The notes: a model not told the origin generated them from the sequence alone. A stretch of DNA of 63,737 nucleotides, filler included, from Octopus bimaculoides (GCF_001194135.2; 6 parts of 5 records of this genome joined end to end with filler, not necessarily neighbours in it); one strand, 5' to 3'. Shown: positions 1 through 12,929, counted from the whole stretch's first letter. A program made the numbers and translations.

Positions 1-298
1 GCTTGATGCCTCTGTAATTATTTGTATCTAAAGCGTCACCTTTACTTTTGTAGCAGTTGACTATGATGCTGCTACACCAGTCATTGGGTATGACTCCTTC
101 GTGTATCACTTGGTTCGTAATACGGGTGACTAGGCTATAGCCAACACTGCCAGATATTTTGAGCATCTCTGCAGTGATTCCTGATGGGCCGGGGGCTTTC
201 CCGGTCTTCATACTCTTAATTGCTTTATCTACCCTGGTACTATCAACTCGGATAGCTGGTCCCTCTATTGGGTCGACATACGGCAGGCTTTTCCTTCT
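1..298 (-). mobile_element. RTE-clade LINE reverse-transcriptase fragment in a TIMM44 intron (continues off the left edge)
   Basis: Stop-free minus frame of about 98 codons, absent from the ORF track (no start codon): KSLPYVDPIEGPAIRVDSTRVDKAIKSMKTGKAPGPSGITAEMLK...WCSSIIVNCYKSKGDALDTNNYRGIK. GKAPGP and NYRGI are typical of the non-LTR RT N-terminus. Confidence 0.9.
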
Positions 299-357
299 TT
301 ATTTGTATACTGTGTATATTTTCCTCATTTCATTTCATTATTATATATACACTCCGT

Positions 358-726
358 GGAGGCGCAATGGCCCAGTGGTTAGGGCAGCAGACTCGCTGTT
401 TCGATTCCCAGACCAGGTATTATGAGTGTTTATTGAGCAAAAACAACTAAAGCTCCACGAGGCTCCAGCAGCGGGTAGTGGTAAACCCTGCTGTACTCTT
501 TCACCACAACTTTTTCTCATTCTTTCTTCCTGTTTCTGTTGTACCTGTATTTCGAAGGGCCAGCTTTGTCACACACTGTGTCATGCTGAATCTCTCCAAG
601 AACTACATTAAAGGTACACATGTCTGTGGAATGCTCAGCCACTTACACGTTAATTTCACAAGCAGGCTGTTCCATTGATTGGATCAACTGGAACCCTCAT
701 CGTCGTAACCGATGGAGTACCACAAT
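358..726 (+). mobile_element. tRNA-derived SINE, family D (GAGGCGCAATGGCCCAGTGG head), with an internal deletion in the tRNA part
   Basis: A-box TGGCCCAGTGG and B-box-like GTTTCGATTCCC; body colinear with the copy at 27584-27950. Confidence 0.85.
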
Positions 727-852
727 ATGCACACTCCACTCACTTTATGTCTTTCTTTGTATTGTCTCTCTCTCACCCTTTGCCCTGGTAGCAAATAAAA
801 AGAAATCATTTTATTATTATTAAATGTAAGGAAAAAAAAGAAAGAGACTTAC

Positions 853-922
853 TCATTGGCTTCCACTACTTTTTCATTTGGGTCTTTCTTTGAAGACTTT
901 TCTGAACGTTTCCTCAATGTCA
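853..922 (-). CDS. TIMM44: TIMM44 coding exon 7 (VTLRKRSEKSSKKDPNEKVVEAN)
   Basis: ttcaag acceptor, gtaagt donor, 70 nt, phase 1 in and phase 2 out. LRKR...KV.E.N matches human RLRKRTEF...KVFEPNE as recalled. Confidence 0.9.
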
Positions 923-1055
923 CTTGAAACCAGAAAGAAAAAAAAGTATTTAAATTTCATGAGAAACAACGAAAATTTTGTTTTATATAGGTTTGAATGA
1001 GTCTATCTTTATCTTTAGAGAGTTTCATTTGTTTAGTGAAATTAGGAAATAATAC

Positions 1056-1125
1056 CTGGTGCTCGATATGTCCTTGCTCGAGATAATGTTGTCTCCTCAA
1101 TTTCTTTCTTGACAGCCTTAACTCC
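1056..1125 (-). CDS. TIMM44: TIMM44 coding exon 6 (GVKAVKKEIEETTLSRARTYRAP)
   Basis: ccttag acceptor, gtatta donor, 70 nt, phase 0 to 1; matches human GVETVKKEIDDSVLGQTGPYRRP. Confidence 0.92.
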
Positions 1126-2221
1126 CTAAGGTAAAAAACCATGAGATTTTAGTGATTATTTGAAGACTACATATATTAGTAATGAAGGATAATACATCAA
1201 ATATGTCTGTGAGAAATAAACATTCATATAAACAGAAGTTTGAGATATATGTATGAAAGGAATGACTGAAAATGAAAAGGTAGTCTTAACTGTGCAAAGA
1301 AATATCACAATAGTCCAACGTTTAAATATGTAAAGGTAATAGACCACTATTTGCTTTCGAATGCAGGTAGCAATAACAATAATACAAAAACTATGTATCT
1401 CTACACACTTTTTCAAGCTTTATCTAAGCTTCAAGAATAAATATGTCATCTTGACTCATGATATGGTAATGAAGGACTCCCCCTGATGAAGACGATATAT
1501 GAGTGCTCAGCTTGTGCCGAATGACCTGCACAAATGATTTATTTATAGGAATCAAATGTATGTGCAGTACATTAGTTTACTCCCTCAATCAAATCAACAT
1601 TACCTGGACAGGTGCACGGTGTGTCAGGTGTCAAAGTGATCACAGAGGAACACAGGATGAAGTGTTTTGCTCAAGAACACAATGAACCACCCAGCCTATG
1701 AATTGAAACTATGATCTCATGACTGTGAGTGCAACACCGTAACCACCGGGCTTTGCATCACCCTCACGACTAGGGAATGAAATGGCAATCATTAGAATTT
1801 GGGATAAAATATTTTGCACTTTTTGTTTCAACTCATGCAGTTTGAGTTTAAATCCCAATGAGGTGAACTTTACCTTTCATCCTTTCCAGATTTAATCAAG
1901 AGAAATGTGGATTGGTAGAACCGTGAGGTTGAACAAAATACCTCGTGGATCTATTTTGTCTCTTTGTATTCTGAGAATGTCTGTGATGACACTGGTACTA
2001 AGCTGTGTCGGCCCAAGTCAGTAGTCTTCCCTCTTGAATAAACATCAATGTTAATGGAGAAGGGAAACTTATATGTATGGGTAACTATTAATCTCCTTCA
2101 AAAAGTTTACCCAGACCTGCACCAGTGGCATATGGCCGTCGTTGTCATTGGGTGTGCTGTCATACTGACCATACTATGACTACTAACATTACTCATATTA
2201 GGCATACAAACTACACTTTTA

Positions 2222-2592
2222 CACTTTTACTTGTTTCAGTCTTTTGACTGCGGCCATGCTGGAGCACCGCCTTTAGTCGAAGAAATCGACCCCAGGACTT
2301 ATTCTTTGGAAGCCTAGTACTTATTCTATCGGTCTCTTTTGCCGAACCACTAAGTTACGGGGACATAAACACACCAGCATCGGTTGTCAAGCGATGTTGG
2401 GGGGACAAACACAGACATACAAACACACACACACACATACACATATATATACACATATACGACGGGCTTCTTTCAGTTTCCGTCTACCAAATCCACTCAC
2501 AAGGCATTGGTCGGCCCGAGGCTATAGTAGAAGGCACTTGCCCAAGATGCCACGCAGTGGGACTGAACCCGGGACCATGTTGTTGGTAAGCA
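2222..2592 (-). mobile_element. CORE-type tRNA SINE, family A
   Basis: Reverse complement of the family A consensus seen at 22058-22445, including the CCTTGGGCAAGTG-like CORE motif, internal (CA)/(TA) tract and GAAACAAGTAAAAG tail. Confidence 0.9.
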
Positions 2593-3018
2593 AGCTACTT
2601 TATTTCTATTCAAAATGCAGGATCCAAAATGTAAATAATGTAAACTTAATTCAATTGGGATACAGATATATGGCACTAAAGTAAACTGGATTAATAATAC
2701 CCTATAAATTGTAAGCATTCTAAAATAAAGCATAATTTTCTTATGCACACACACTGAAAAATAAGAACCATATAATTTTACTTGCTTAAATTACTTATAT
2801 GTAAGTTCTATTCTTCTTCTTTGAGATGTAATTTAAAATAAATATGTGACTGCGCTGTCAAAGCTGTTGCACACCTTTTGTCATTAATTTTTTGCCATTC
2901 TCCCATTCTTATATGCCTGGCACTATATTATGATACAATGCGCTGTGAGATGTGCAGTAGTATTTCAGGACACCTGCCACCAAATTTTAAGCAGGGGTAT
3001 AACAAAAGTTTTCAGTTA

Positions 3019-3394
3019 CTCTTACTCTCTTTTACTTGTTTCAGTCATTTGACTGCGGCCATGCTGGAGCACCACCTTTAGTCGAGCAAATCGACCCCAG
3101 GACTTATTCCTTGTAAGCCTATTCTATCAGTCTCTTTTGCCGAACTGCTAAGTTACGGGGACGTAAACACACCAGCATCGGTTGTCAAGCGACGTTGGGG
3201 TTGGGGAGGGGGGGAACACAGACACACAAATATATATATATATATACATATATACGACAGGCTTCTTTCAGTTTCCGTCTACCAAATCCACTCACAAGGC
3301 TTTAGTCGGCCTGAGGCTATAATAGAAGACACTTGCCCAAGGTGCCACGCAGTGGGACTGAACCCGGAACCATGTGGTTGGTAAGCAAGCTAGT
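3019..3394 (-). mobile_element. CORE-type tRNA SINE, family A
   Basis: Same consensus as 2222-2592. Confidence 0.9.
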
Positions 3395-3654
3395 TATGAT
3401 CTGTGATTAAATTAATGAGTAAGGTTTATATTTATAATGAATTTGCCATTTTCAATGGGTGTGCAGAGCACACCTAGCACACCTGGAATATATGCCCCAG
3501 ACCCGCACATGTTTAAATATATGGTTACTACCATCCTAATGGAAGCCCTTTGGCTTTTAAATGTAACACTAAAAAATAATTTTTAGCTATATAGCAACAT
3601 ACACATCAGACAAAGAAAATTTAACAGAGAGAGGATAAAGAAAAAGAAACATAC

Positions 3655-3804
3655 TTCTGAAATATTCTTGAAGGTCGAAGTTTGACCAATACTTTCTCGG
3701 CCTTTAGAAAAAGTTTCAGCCGCTTTCTCGGCAGATTTACCAATTTCTTCTGTAAACTCTTTTCCTTTTTTAGCAAACTCAGTTTTCTGAACTTCCTCTA
3801 TAGT
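3655..3804 (-). CDS. TIMM44: TIMM44 coding exon 5 (TIEEVQKTEFAKKGKEFTEEIGKSAEKAAETFSKGRESIGQTSTFKNISE)
   Basis: ctttag acceptor, gtatgt donor, 150 nt, phase 0/0; matches human ...SAESVSKGGEKLGRTAAFRALSQ. Confidence 0.95.
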
Positions 3805-4074
3805 CTAAAGACAGAGCAGAAAAGACAGAACATATATTTGAAAGAGAATGTATATTGCAAAAGTAAAGATGCAGAAACCAACAAGTCAATAATAAGTTCT
3901 TAGAGAGTTCAAGAATCCAACAAACCTAGACCATACTTCAAGTAGAATTCCTGGTTGAAACCATTTCTTTATTCATAATGCTAAGAGAAAGGTAAAGATA
4001 TTATAACGTTCCACTCCACCCTTTGATTAAAATATAAGGCTCAACGCTAGACAAAAAGAAACCCATATTTAAAC

Positions 4075-4360
4075 ATGAGAGACTGCATCATCCCATTCTC
4101 ATCACTCTGCCAACTCTTCCTTCTCTGGCTCCTATGTGTGAAAGACTGCATCAAACCAGCTGCACCCAATATACTTCACCTCATCCTTTCAGTACTTCAT
4201 CCATTTCTCCCCTCCCCCACCTGCTCACTCCAATCCTACTCTTGTCCTTCTCATCACCCATTTTGATCTGCTACTGCTTCCCTCATTGATTACATTCCCT
4301 GAGTAAAAAGTACACTCTTAGATCACAGAATACTCTCTATACTTACAGTGCATAAGCTCC
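4075..4360 (+). mobile_element. Degenerate L2/CR1-like LINE 3' fragment
   Basis: Translation LLWLLCVKDCIK.AAPNIL...LHPFLPSPTCSLQS weakly resembles the LHWLPV..RI...APSYL...Y.P.RSLRS end of L2-type ORF2. Confidence 0.35.
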
Positions 4361-4594
4361 CTTCCCTGAATGCAGATGCCATTTATACATAAAGCTATAG
4401 ATGACAGCATGAAAATAACGGATTAAAAATACCTTTGGATAGAGAAAGTCAAAAGCTACCCATGGATCTTATTGTACCAAAGCAAAACAGTTCTTTAAAT
4501 TTCTCTACCCATTTTAGATACTTTATTCTTACTGGCAAGAAATATAAAAACCATCCACAAAAATATTTTTTTAAATAAACAAAAATGACTTTAC

Positions 4595-4675
4595 CTCAGA
4601 TAGTTTGTCTTTGACATCTTCCAGTCTTTTCTTGAGAGCAGCTGAACTTTTTAGAGTTTCAGCTTCAATATTCTC
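4595..4675 (-). CDS. TIMM44: TIMM44 coding exon 4 (ENIEAETLKSSAALKKRLEDVKDKLSE)
   Basis: tttcag acceptor, gtaaag donor, 81 nt, phase 0/0; matches human TIESETVRTSEVLRKKL. Confidence 0.95.
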
Positions 4676-4953
4676 CTGAAATAAAATTACCAATTATTAA
4701 AAAAGGTGTTCAATATTAATGAGTCACTATTTAGCTGAGTTTATGTATCTAGCAAATGCAGAGTAAATGGTTTGAAACCTGCAATAAGTGCTGTTCTCTA
4801 TCCACAGCTAAAACATTTAATTCTTATTAGCTTAATTCATCTAGTGATGAATAAGTACCATGAGTACCTGCATACCAACTATAGCTGAAAGAAAACTATA
4901 GATACTTCATTATAATTATAAAAATATATTTTATTATATACATATATTACATG

Positions 4954-5585
4954 TCATCATCATCATTTGTCTGCTGTCAATGCTGGCATGCATTGGACGG
5001 TTTGACTGGGCTGGCATGTTGGAAGGCTGCACCAGGTTCCAGTCTGATTTGGCATGGTTTTCTACAGCTGGATGCCCTTCCTAACGCCAACCACTCTGAG
5101 GGTGTAATGGGTGCTTTTACGTGCAACCAGCATGGGTGCCATTTGCATGACACCAATATCTGCCACAACTGTGATTTTGCTTGACTTGATGGGTCTTCTC
5201 AACCATGACATAATACCACAGGTCTTAGTCATTGCCTCTGTGAAGCCCAACTCTTGAAAGGAATTTGGCCATTTTGCCTCCAACAGGCCCAATGCTCGAA
5301 AGGAACTCAGCCACTTTGCCTCCGTGAGGCCCAAAGTTTGAAGATCATACTTCACCACCTCGTCCCATGTCTTCCTTGTCTACCTCTACCACAGGTTCCC
5401 TTCACAGAGATTGGCACTTCTTTACACAACCGTCTTTGTCCATATGCATTACATGACCATACCAGTGCAGTTGTCTCTCTCTTGCACACCACATCTGATG
5501 CCTCTTATGCCCAACTTTTCTCTCAAGATGCTTACACTCTGCCATACATGCATACTGACATTGCACATCCAGTGAAGCATATATA
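4954..5585 (-). mobile_element. RTE LINE 3' end: ORF2 C-terminus, 3' UTR and (GAT)n tail
   Basis: LREKLGIRGIRCGVQER / WYGHVMHMDKDGCVKKC / KYDLQTLGLTEAMTK, followed directly by GTTGGCGTTAGGAAGGGCATCCAGCTGTAGAAA and a GATGATG tail; contains a 42-bp triplication at 5234-5345. Confidence 0.85.
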
Positions 5586-5649
5586 AATACATGCATACAT
5601 ACAAACACATATATATATATATATATATACACACACAAAATATACTTAA

Positions 5650-5857
5650 CCCTTTAGCATTCAGATTTCTTTGTCAAATGTAATACTTATTTATTCACAT
5701 TGCTTTGAATTAATTACACATGATCTTCTAGCTTCAAAATTTCAACTAAGTGTTTGTATATTTTTAGAATAACATTGTAAGGTAGGCATGAAAGTTTGGA
5801 TCTGGTCAGTTTTAAAATAAAACAGGTAGAATATTTGATCCAGATATGGCTAAAGGG
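5650..5857. mobile_element. piggyBac-type MITE
   Basis: TTAA|CCCTTTAGC ... GCTAAAGGG|TTAA: TTAA target duplication and 9-bp TIR. A related copy lies at 25183-25392. Confidence 0.85.
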
Positions 5858-8112
5858 TTAACTATGATCATAATATATCTATAAAATATACTTAATTATA
5901 ATTATAAAAGCTATAATTAACAAGCAATGCTAAATTTAAAGCAATAGTAAACTATTATATAGACTAAATTTTTGTTAATACTTCAATATCCCAATAGGAC
6001 ATAGATGTGATCATCATCATAATTACAATCTGACAATCAACAAGAGGGAATTGTAATAAAAGCCGACAGAGATCTGTAATTGAAGACTGTTTATGTTAAC
6101 AGCCACTGATTCTGCAAGATCTGATATGACTGATATTAATGAATAAGTAGTAAACAAATTTTAATATGGTCACAAGTTGTCATAAATCCCTGGGTGACAA
6201 TCCAAAAGTTTCTTTAATTTCCTCCATGCTACAGCATTGCTAGCAGTCTATAGGATAAATTATTTATTCATAAGAGCAACACAACTTTAGGATTCCAAAT
6301 TATAATGATTTAATAACCAATAGAAAAAAAAAACAGGAAAAACCATTTGAATGAAATAAACATACACACACTGAATATGGTAGTGGATAATGGTGGTTCT
6401 CCATCATTCAACAATGAAGATTCAGGTGTTCAGTCAAGTGATTTATCTGCTCCTGAATTAAAAAGTAAGTGGCTGAGAATTCCACATATACATGTGATCT
6501 GAATACAATTTCCAAGCACAATCAAAGTGACACTGTGTGTGACAAGACTGTTCCCTTCAATTACAACGACAATCCACCTGGTGGACTTCTGTGCAGTTTG
6601 CCATAATCCAGTTTCACCCACAAGGTGGGGTCAACGCAATACTAAAGTAACATTTGCACAGATGTCACACAATGGGATCAAACCTGGAACTTCTTGGTTG
6701 CAAAGCAAACTCTCTAATCATTCAGCCATATTGCATCTACACACAAAATGTAACATACTGCAAAAAGCAAATTAAAATATATGATTATTCATTACACTGT
6801 TTAACAAATTTTTTCTTTTTCTGTTGTCTTTCATCAGTAAGTATTATTTCTTATTTGCTTCTACCTAGAAATCAAAGGAAATGACTACTATTCCCTTCAA
6901 ACTTTGCTTTTGTGACCTCGACATCAATATTTTGAAACTGACCTATTTTCCATTACGTTTCAGACAGATTTACTGCTGTATTGCTGAAGCAGAAATATCA
7001 TTATAGCAAATATTCTGCTTAATACCACAGATGTGCTTGTCAGTTGCTTGACCTTAACCACTTGAGCATGTCTCTCCAGTGGCTGACAATATATACATCT
7101 TTGTTCATGGGCAGGAGTAGTGGGGGAGCATCAAAACCATGTATCGAGAGTGAGTCTTTGGGGTTTGAATAAATGTAACAAAAACAATGTTTGAAGGAAA
7201 TATCAGCCATTTTTCATACTTTCTAGGAGTAAGCAAATAGGAAATAACAGTTGCTACCCAAGACAAAAATCGTGTTAGTGTTATTAGCCTCTGTAAAATG
7301 ATCATGGGTATCTTTAGAAATTTAACTGCAGCAAATGTAGACAAATACTGCGTTAATAATTCTCCAACCCTAAGGTATCCACCCTCCCACTCACTTCTAT
7401 TCACCTTGAACCTTGAGGAGCCACCTGGACACCTCATCTACACAATTCATCTCCTTGCAGTTCCTACTGATCATTCTCTCCTCTTCTTATTGTGATGAGA
7501 GTTACGATGTCTTCTTGCAAGAGATAGATTGGTCTGAGTAAAGTATGAATAGTAACAATCTGAGTGAGTTCAGAGTTTGGAGTGAGTGTTAGTCTGCAGT
7601 GAAGTCGGAAGGTATTGATTGGTTAATTCATAAGGAATATTGTTGGTTCATAAAGAGATTTGTTAGTTCGTTACATTGTTTTTACTGTTGTCTGGTTATC
7701 TTATCTATTGTGAGTAGCCATGCAGCTCTTCTACAAGGACAAATTCTACCACCTATTCTCATACATTAACCCCTCAACCCCAAACTTTTCCCCCACCTCT
7801 CTTGGGGTTCATAGTCTTGCAAGTTGTGTGGCTCAACAGTGCTGGTGGCACAGAAAAAGCACCCAGTACACCGTAAGGAGGTTGGAGTTATGAAGGGCAT
7901 CCAGCTGTAGAAACTATGTCAAAGCAGACATTGGAGCAAAATATAGTCCTTGGGCCTACTGGATCCTGTCGAACCCTCCAACCCATGGCAGCATGGAACA
8001 ATGGATGATGATGATGATGATGATAAATCCCAAGGTTACAAAAACAAGAATCTAGTGTTTACAATAATGCAGTATAAAACTGAGAACTGATTAAAGAAAG
8101 AAATATACTTAC

Positions 8113-8190
8113 AAACTTCTGTCTGGCTTTTTGAATAGCATCTGACTGTTCTAATTTATTTCTCTCTTCTCGGAATTTTTTCAAGCTTTC
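8113..8190 (-). CDS. TIMM44: TIMM44 coding exon 3 (ESLKKFREERNKLEQSDAIQKARQKF)
   Basis: gattag acceptor, gtaagt donor, 78 nt, phase 0/0; matches human ESIKKFRDEARRLEESDVLQEARRKY. Confidence 0.96.
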
Positions 8191-8364
8191 CTAATCAAAA
8201 TTTTAAATTAAAATATTTAAGAATCTGTAAAAAGAAAACACAATAATACAAACTATAATAAAGATTTCTCAAATGGGCACAATTTTTTTCAAGAGGGAGA
8301 TGTTATTCCCTCTCAGTACCTGACAAGTGCTGATGTCATCAATCTTGGCACAATGGAAGGTTAA

Positions 8365-8703
8365 CCCATAAACTGCGATAGGCCACCTCAGTGGCCAACG
8401 CGACAGTGCGATAGGCCACCTCAGTGGCCAACGCGACAGTGCGATAGGCCACCTCAGTGGCCAACACGACAGTGCGACAGGCCACGTTCGTGGCCATGGA
8501 AGTAGGGCATGATCTGACCTAATTTTGATGACATATAATGTATGCACACGCTACCCTTTCACCCCAGAAACAGTGTAGTCAATCACAGAAAGTGTTAAGA
8601 AACACTGAGTATTTTTTTTTGAGTGATAGATCGATGTTGACCTTTACCCAAAATAGGCTCAGCACTTCGTATTACATACAGCAAAATCCCAGCAGTTTAT
8701 GGG
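8365..8703. mobile_element. piggyBac-type MITE carrying a 33-bp palindromic tandem array
   Basis: TTAA|CCCATAAACTGC ... GCAGTTTATGGG|TTAA (12-bp perfect TIR); 3.7 copies of TGCGATAGGCCACCTCAGTGGCCAACGCGACAG at 8374-8495. Confidence 0.9.
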
Positions 8704-9269
8704 TTAAAGTTGACTTTCTGGAATTATACTGTAAGACAATTTGCTTCACTGAATTATTCTAATGATAAATACAACACTTTCTTCTGCTTAGATACAAGAG
8801 CAGATTTTCTGCAGAAATGGTTAATTTACTTCCATAGCATATTATTGGCATTAAAGATTAGAAGAATGAATTTTAAAAATGCAAAGTTCATTCCATTTAA
8901 TTTGAACAAAAAGTAGTGAGGAATTAGTCAGTTTTCTGTTTTATACTTCATTGGAAACAAAATATCAAATATTGTTTATAATTACTGAAGTCTGAAATCT
9001 GACATTGTTGATGCAATAAAACATTGTCAAGACATTCCTAATATTTAGAACTAAGGGGATACATCATTGAATAAATTTGAAAAAGTCTTTGTCTCTAGTG
9101 ACACAATCTTCTCAGTCAATATGTAACAAGCCAACATTCTAAGGAAATTACACTGCATTACAACAGTTAAGCTTCTACTTAAGAACCAGAAAATATTTCA
9201 GCCTTGAAAAGTTCTTGATTTGATACACAAGTGACCTTCACTAATGCATTAGTCACATATTTGAGAAAG

Positions 9270-9620
9270 TGCTAATGCTACACACAAACATTCTTGACTC
9301 CGCATCCAGCAGAGCAGATAGGTAAATTGTTACTCACCACAAGATTACAACTCCTAACCCACCAACATTTTGTATCACTCTATCTGCTATCTTTTTTTCT
9401 ACCAAAGCTATAAAATTTTTTGATACTTTCAACTAGGTTTCCATGTTTTAACCTCTTATATCCAACAGATACATTCAACCTCATTGCTCATTTTTTTCTC
9501 CACAGTTCTCAAACTAAACATTTCACAGAACTGTAGCACTATGGAATTCCCTCTCTGCTTACATTTCCTCTACAGATATCTCAACAAGGAGAAGTTCAAG
9601 CTGAACACATACAATATCAG
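9270..9620 (+). mobile_element. Degenerate CR1/Jockey-like LINE 3' fragment
   Basis: Broken frames resemble LD.IQ.RA.RL ... FY ... SRT.HF ... WNSLP ORF2 termini. Confidence 0.35.
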
Positions 9621-10844
9621 TTTATTTGTTTGAAAGAGTGGACAACTGATATGGGCACTGTTCCTGTTCTTCAGACTAAACCAAGATTTCATTGGCACAT
9701 TTTAGGGGAGGGCTACAGTTGATTGTAAAGGAACATACCCTAGTCATTAGAATATTGGGCTTACAGTCATTAGATTGTGAGTTCAATACATGGACCAAGT
9801 TGCATCTTGTGTCTTTAGGCAAGGCCTTTCATTTCACATTGTTCTAGTCCACTCAGCTGAAAGGGAGTGTTGCTGGATATTAATCTAGAGTGGGGCCACT
9901 GTCCTGCTGAGGGAGTAGTTTTGTACTCTAAGTTGTTTACACACCTTGAAAAAACAGATAAGCTCCAGCTTCATGAGCCTGTAAGTTTGAGGCAGACTGT
10001 TAGAGTTAACTGGACTGACCCTAGTACTGTTACTTATTTCACAAACCCATGAAGGTGAAAACCACCTTGGCAGTACTTGAACTCAGAGCAATACTGCAAG
10101 ATATTTCTCCTAATTCTAATATTTCTGCCACACCATTATTTCCCTGATTTAATAACTGTTTCTAATGGAAGTAAAGACCTAAAATTTGCTGGGAAGGGTT
10201 TACTCAATTACATCCACCCCAGTACCTTACTGGTACTTTATTTCATTGATTCCAGAGGGATGAAAGGCAAAGTCAATCTCAGAACATAAAAGAGTTAGAA
10301 GAAATATAACAAGCCATTTTGTTGGATGCTCTAACAATGCACACAATCCACTATAATAATGGCTTCAAATTTTGACACAAGGCTAGCAATTTTAAGGGGA
10401 TGGAGTAAGTCAACCCTAGTGTTTAACTGGTGTTTACTTTATCAACCCCTGAGAAGATGAAAAGCAGGGTCATCCTCAACAGAACCCAAAACATAACGAG
10501 TTCAAAGAAATGTTGCTAAGAATTTTTTCTAACACTCGAACAATTCTGCCAGTTTGCTGCTTTAATCCACCATGAAAAAAGGTATGGTTAAATACAGAAC
10601 AAAACTAGTGTGTCTATCTCCTTGAAAGATTTTTAAAACTGAAGTGGGACATGCATAGTTTATATCTGGTCATATTTCTTCAATATACTTTTTAATAAGT
10701 TTGTAATAAAAATAATAATTTGCATCTAATATATTTTAACTAAATGGGCATCTTTTTTAATAGATTGAATGATAAAATATCATTATAACTTTTAATATAA
10801 ATAACTTTATTTTTAATTAAAAACAAAACGTCTAGGTAACCAAC

Positions 10845-11069
10845 CTTCATCTCTTTGTTCTGAGTCATTTCTTGTTTGATGTTATTAATAAAGTCTGTGA
10901 AAAAGTTCTTTCTTTGAGACATGAACCGAAGTTGAGAATGCACAGGAAAGGAACTAACATTATTCAAAAGATAAGTTTTACTTCCGTAGGCATTAGACAA
11001 GAAAGGAGACAGCGTTTTGCTTTCTAGACTGTGATATCTGTGCGTATGAGATATATGATAGTGGGAGAT
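10845..11069 (-). CDS. TIMM44: TIMM44 coding exon 2 (presequence, then RFMSQRKNFFTDFINNIKQEMTQNKEMK)
   Basis: tttcag acceptor, gttggt donor, 225 nt, phase 0/0; matches human NRKGFLSGLLDNVKQELAKNKEMK. The ORF-track start at 11186 is intronic. Confidence 0.93.
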
Positions 11070-11504
11070 CTGAAATGATAAAACAGTGGGGGAAAATGCA
11101 AGGAAGCATGTTACACAGATCATAAATACAACAGAACAACAAAATTGAATATATGTAGAGTTATCACATCGCTCTTTTGATACCAACTTTTGATATCCAG
11201 ACTATGAAATAAACACTGTTTAAAGTTATTTAAATTAAAACTTTCTAAAGAAATTTCATGTTTAAATCCAAACACCAGGTTAATTAATAACTTATTTTAT
11301 TAAATTCTTCATTATTTTCAAAATTAATTGAAACAAAGGTATTGTATTTCAACAAAAGGGTTAGAGAAATGCTTGACCTATTTCCTATTGTTATCGTTTA
11401 GCCCAAGGTTGATCCTGATTGAGCAGATCTATGGTTAAAAATATACCGGTAATACCTTACCCAACTATATTTCTCAGGCATAATGTATCTAACATAACAT
11501 TATA

Positions 11505-12145
11505 CAGACTGTCCTCATTTAACGACCTACCTATTTAATGACCACTTGGAGCTACGACGAACTTTACGAACCGTCATTACATATTTTACAAAATAGAATT
11601 TGAGGCGATTTTCCAAGGTGGAAAGGCAGACAACTGAACTTTTCCGATGTTATCGAGAAATTTATGATGAAAAAAAGAAGATAACAGAGCAAACAACACT
11701 GACGAGATTTTTCATGCATTTTGATGTCAAGAATGAGTTGCTTTTGTAATCTTTATCCAAAGTAAAACAAAGTTATTATGTTTGAGTTTCCTTTAAACCT
11801 TTTCACCTTTTCTATTAATCCTGAGAAAAGTTTATTAGGCGTTTTATGTAGTGGGCCTGGAATCACAAACATACTTACGATGTCTGAGCTACAATAACAC
11901 AGCATCCATATCCTAACTTTTAAGGTTTTCCTTGTGATAATCTTACTGTTATTTATTCATTTTTCAACAATTTATGTTAGTGATTCTTGGCCCTGTACTG
12001 CATATACTTTATACAGTACAGTATTCTGTTTTTATATGTATGTACAGTACACTATACCTATAAAAGAAAAATACGTACCCTATGAATATTCGTTTAACGA
12101 CGGGGCTGTTGGAACGTAACTCGGTCGTTAAATGAGGACAGTCAA
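11505..12145 (+). mobile_element. Tigger/pogo-like non-autonomous DNA transposon nested in an older repeat
   Basis: TA flanks at 11503-4 and 12146-7; perfect 21-bp inverted core GACTGTCCTCATTTAACGACC; internal YREIYDEKKKITEQTTLTRFF is a Tigger transposase C-terminus. Confidence 0.85.
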
Positions 12146-12929
12146 TACAATGTAATCTTCGATATCATTTTTAAAGATGAGAGATTATGACTTAAGGGAA
12201 AATTGACTATTATTTCTGCAAGGCTAAGAGACTATGTAGCAGCTCTCTGCTTGTCTAAGAATGTGCTTTCTGTTTTATAGATGGGTAGGTAACTAGGAAG
12301 AATATTTACAAAGCTTTACCGATGTTAATAATTATAATTGGGCTAGTTACCTCACATTGTTGTCTAACATGTTTATCAGAAAGCTGTGTAGGTTAAGTGG
12401 AAAGATGAGCTATATTTCATACTTAAAGGTGGAGTGTTAGGATGTGTTGTGATGAGAATGAATCTGGAATTTTTGAGAAGAAAGATGCCAAAGCAGTATT
12501 TTAAGGTTCTGTTCTTATATTTTGCTCAAAAAACTACACTGTCATAGTTGAAACTTTACTAGAACATTATTATTGTAGATTTTGTTGTTGTTGTGCATGA
12601 ATGAGGCACAAACTGCTGTTTGCAAGGCTGACAAAATGCACTTCAGCCCTACTTCAGTGAATAATGGTAAGTAGGAAAGACTTTGAGCTATTACAACAAA
12701 AATAATACCATTCATCTAGTAGCATGGGAAAATTAATGTAAAATGAAATTTTTTAAAAGATTACATCATTTCAGATATGCATTTCACTCTTACTCATGAT
12801 CAGGAATGAAGGTAAATAGGAAAGATTTCCCGCTATTAAAAAAGATAAAAATCCATTTATGCTATATTAAAATACAATTAAAAAAAGAAATTACATCATT
12901 TCAGATATGTACATATATTGGTTTCATAT

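Noticed and set aside
10740-11186. 148-aa single-exon ORF from the track
   Set aside because: Only 10845-11069 is exonic; the start and tail are intronic read-through.
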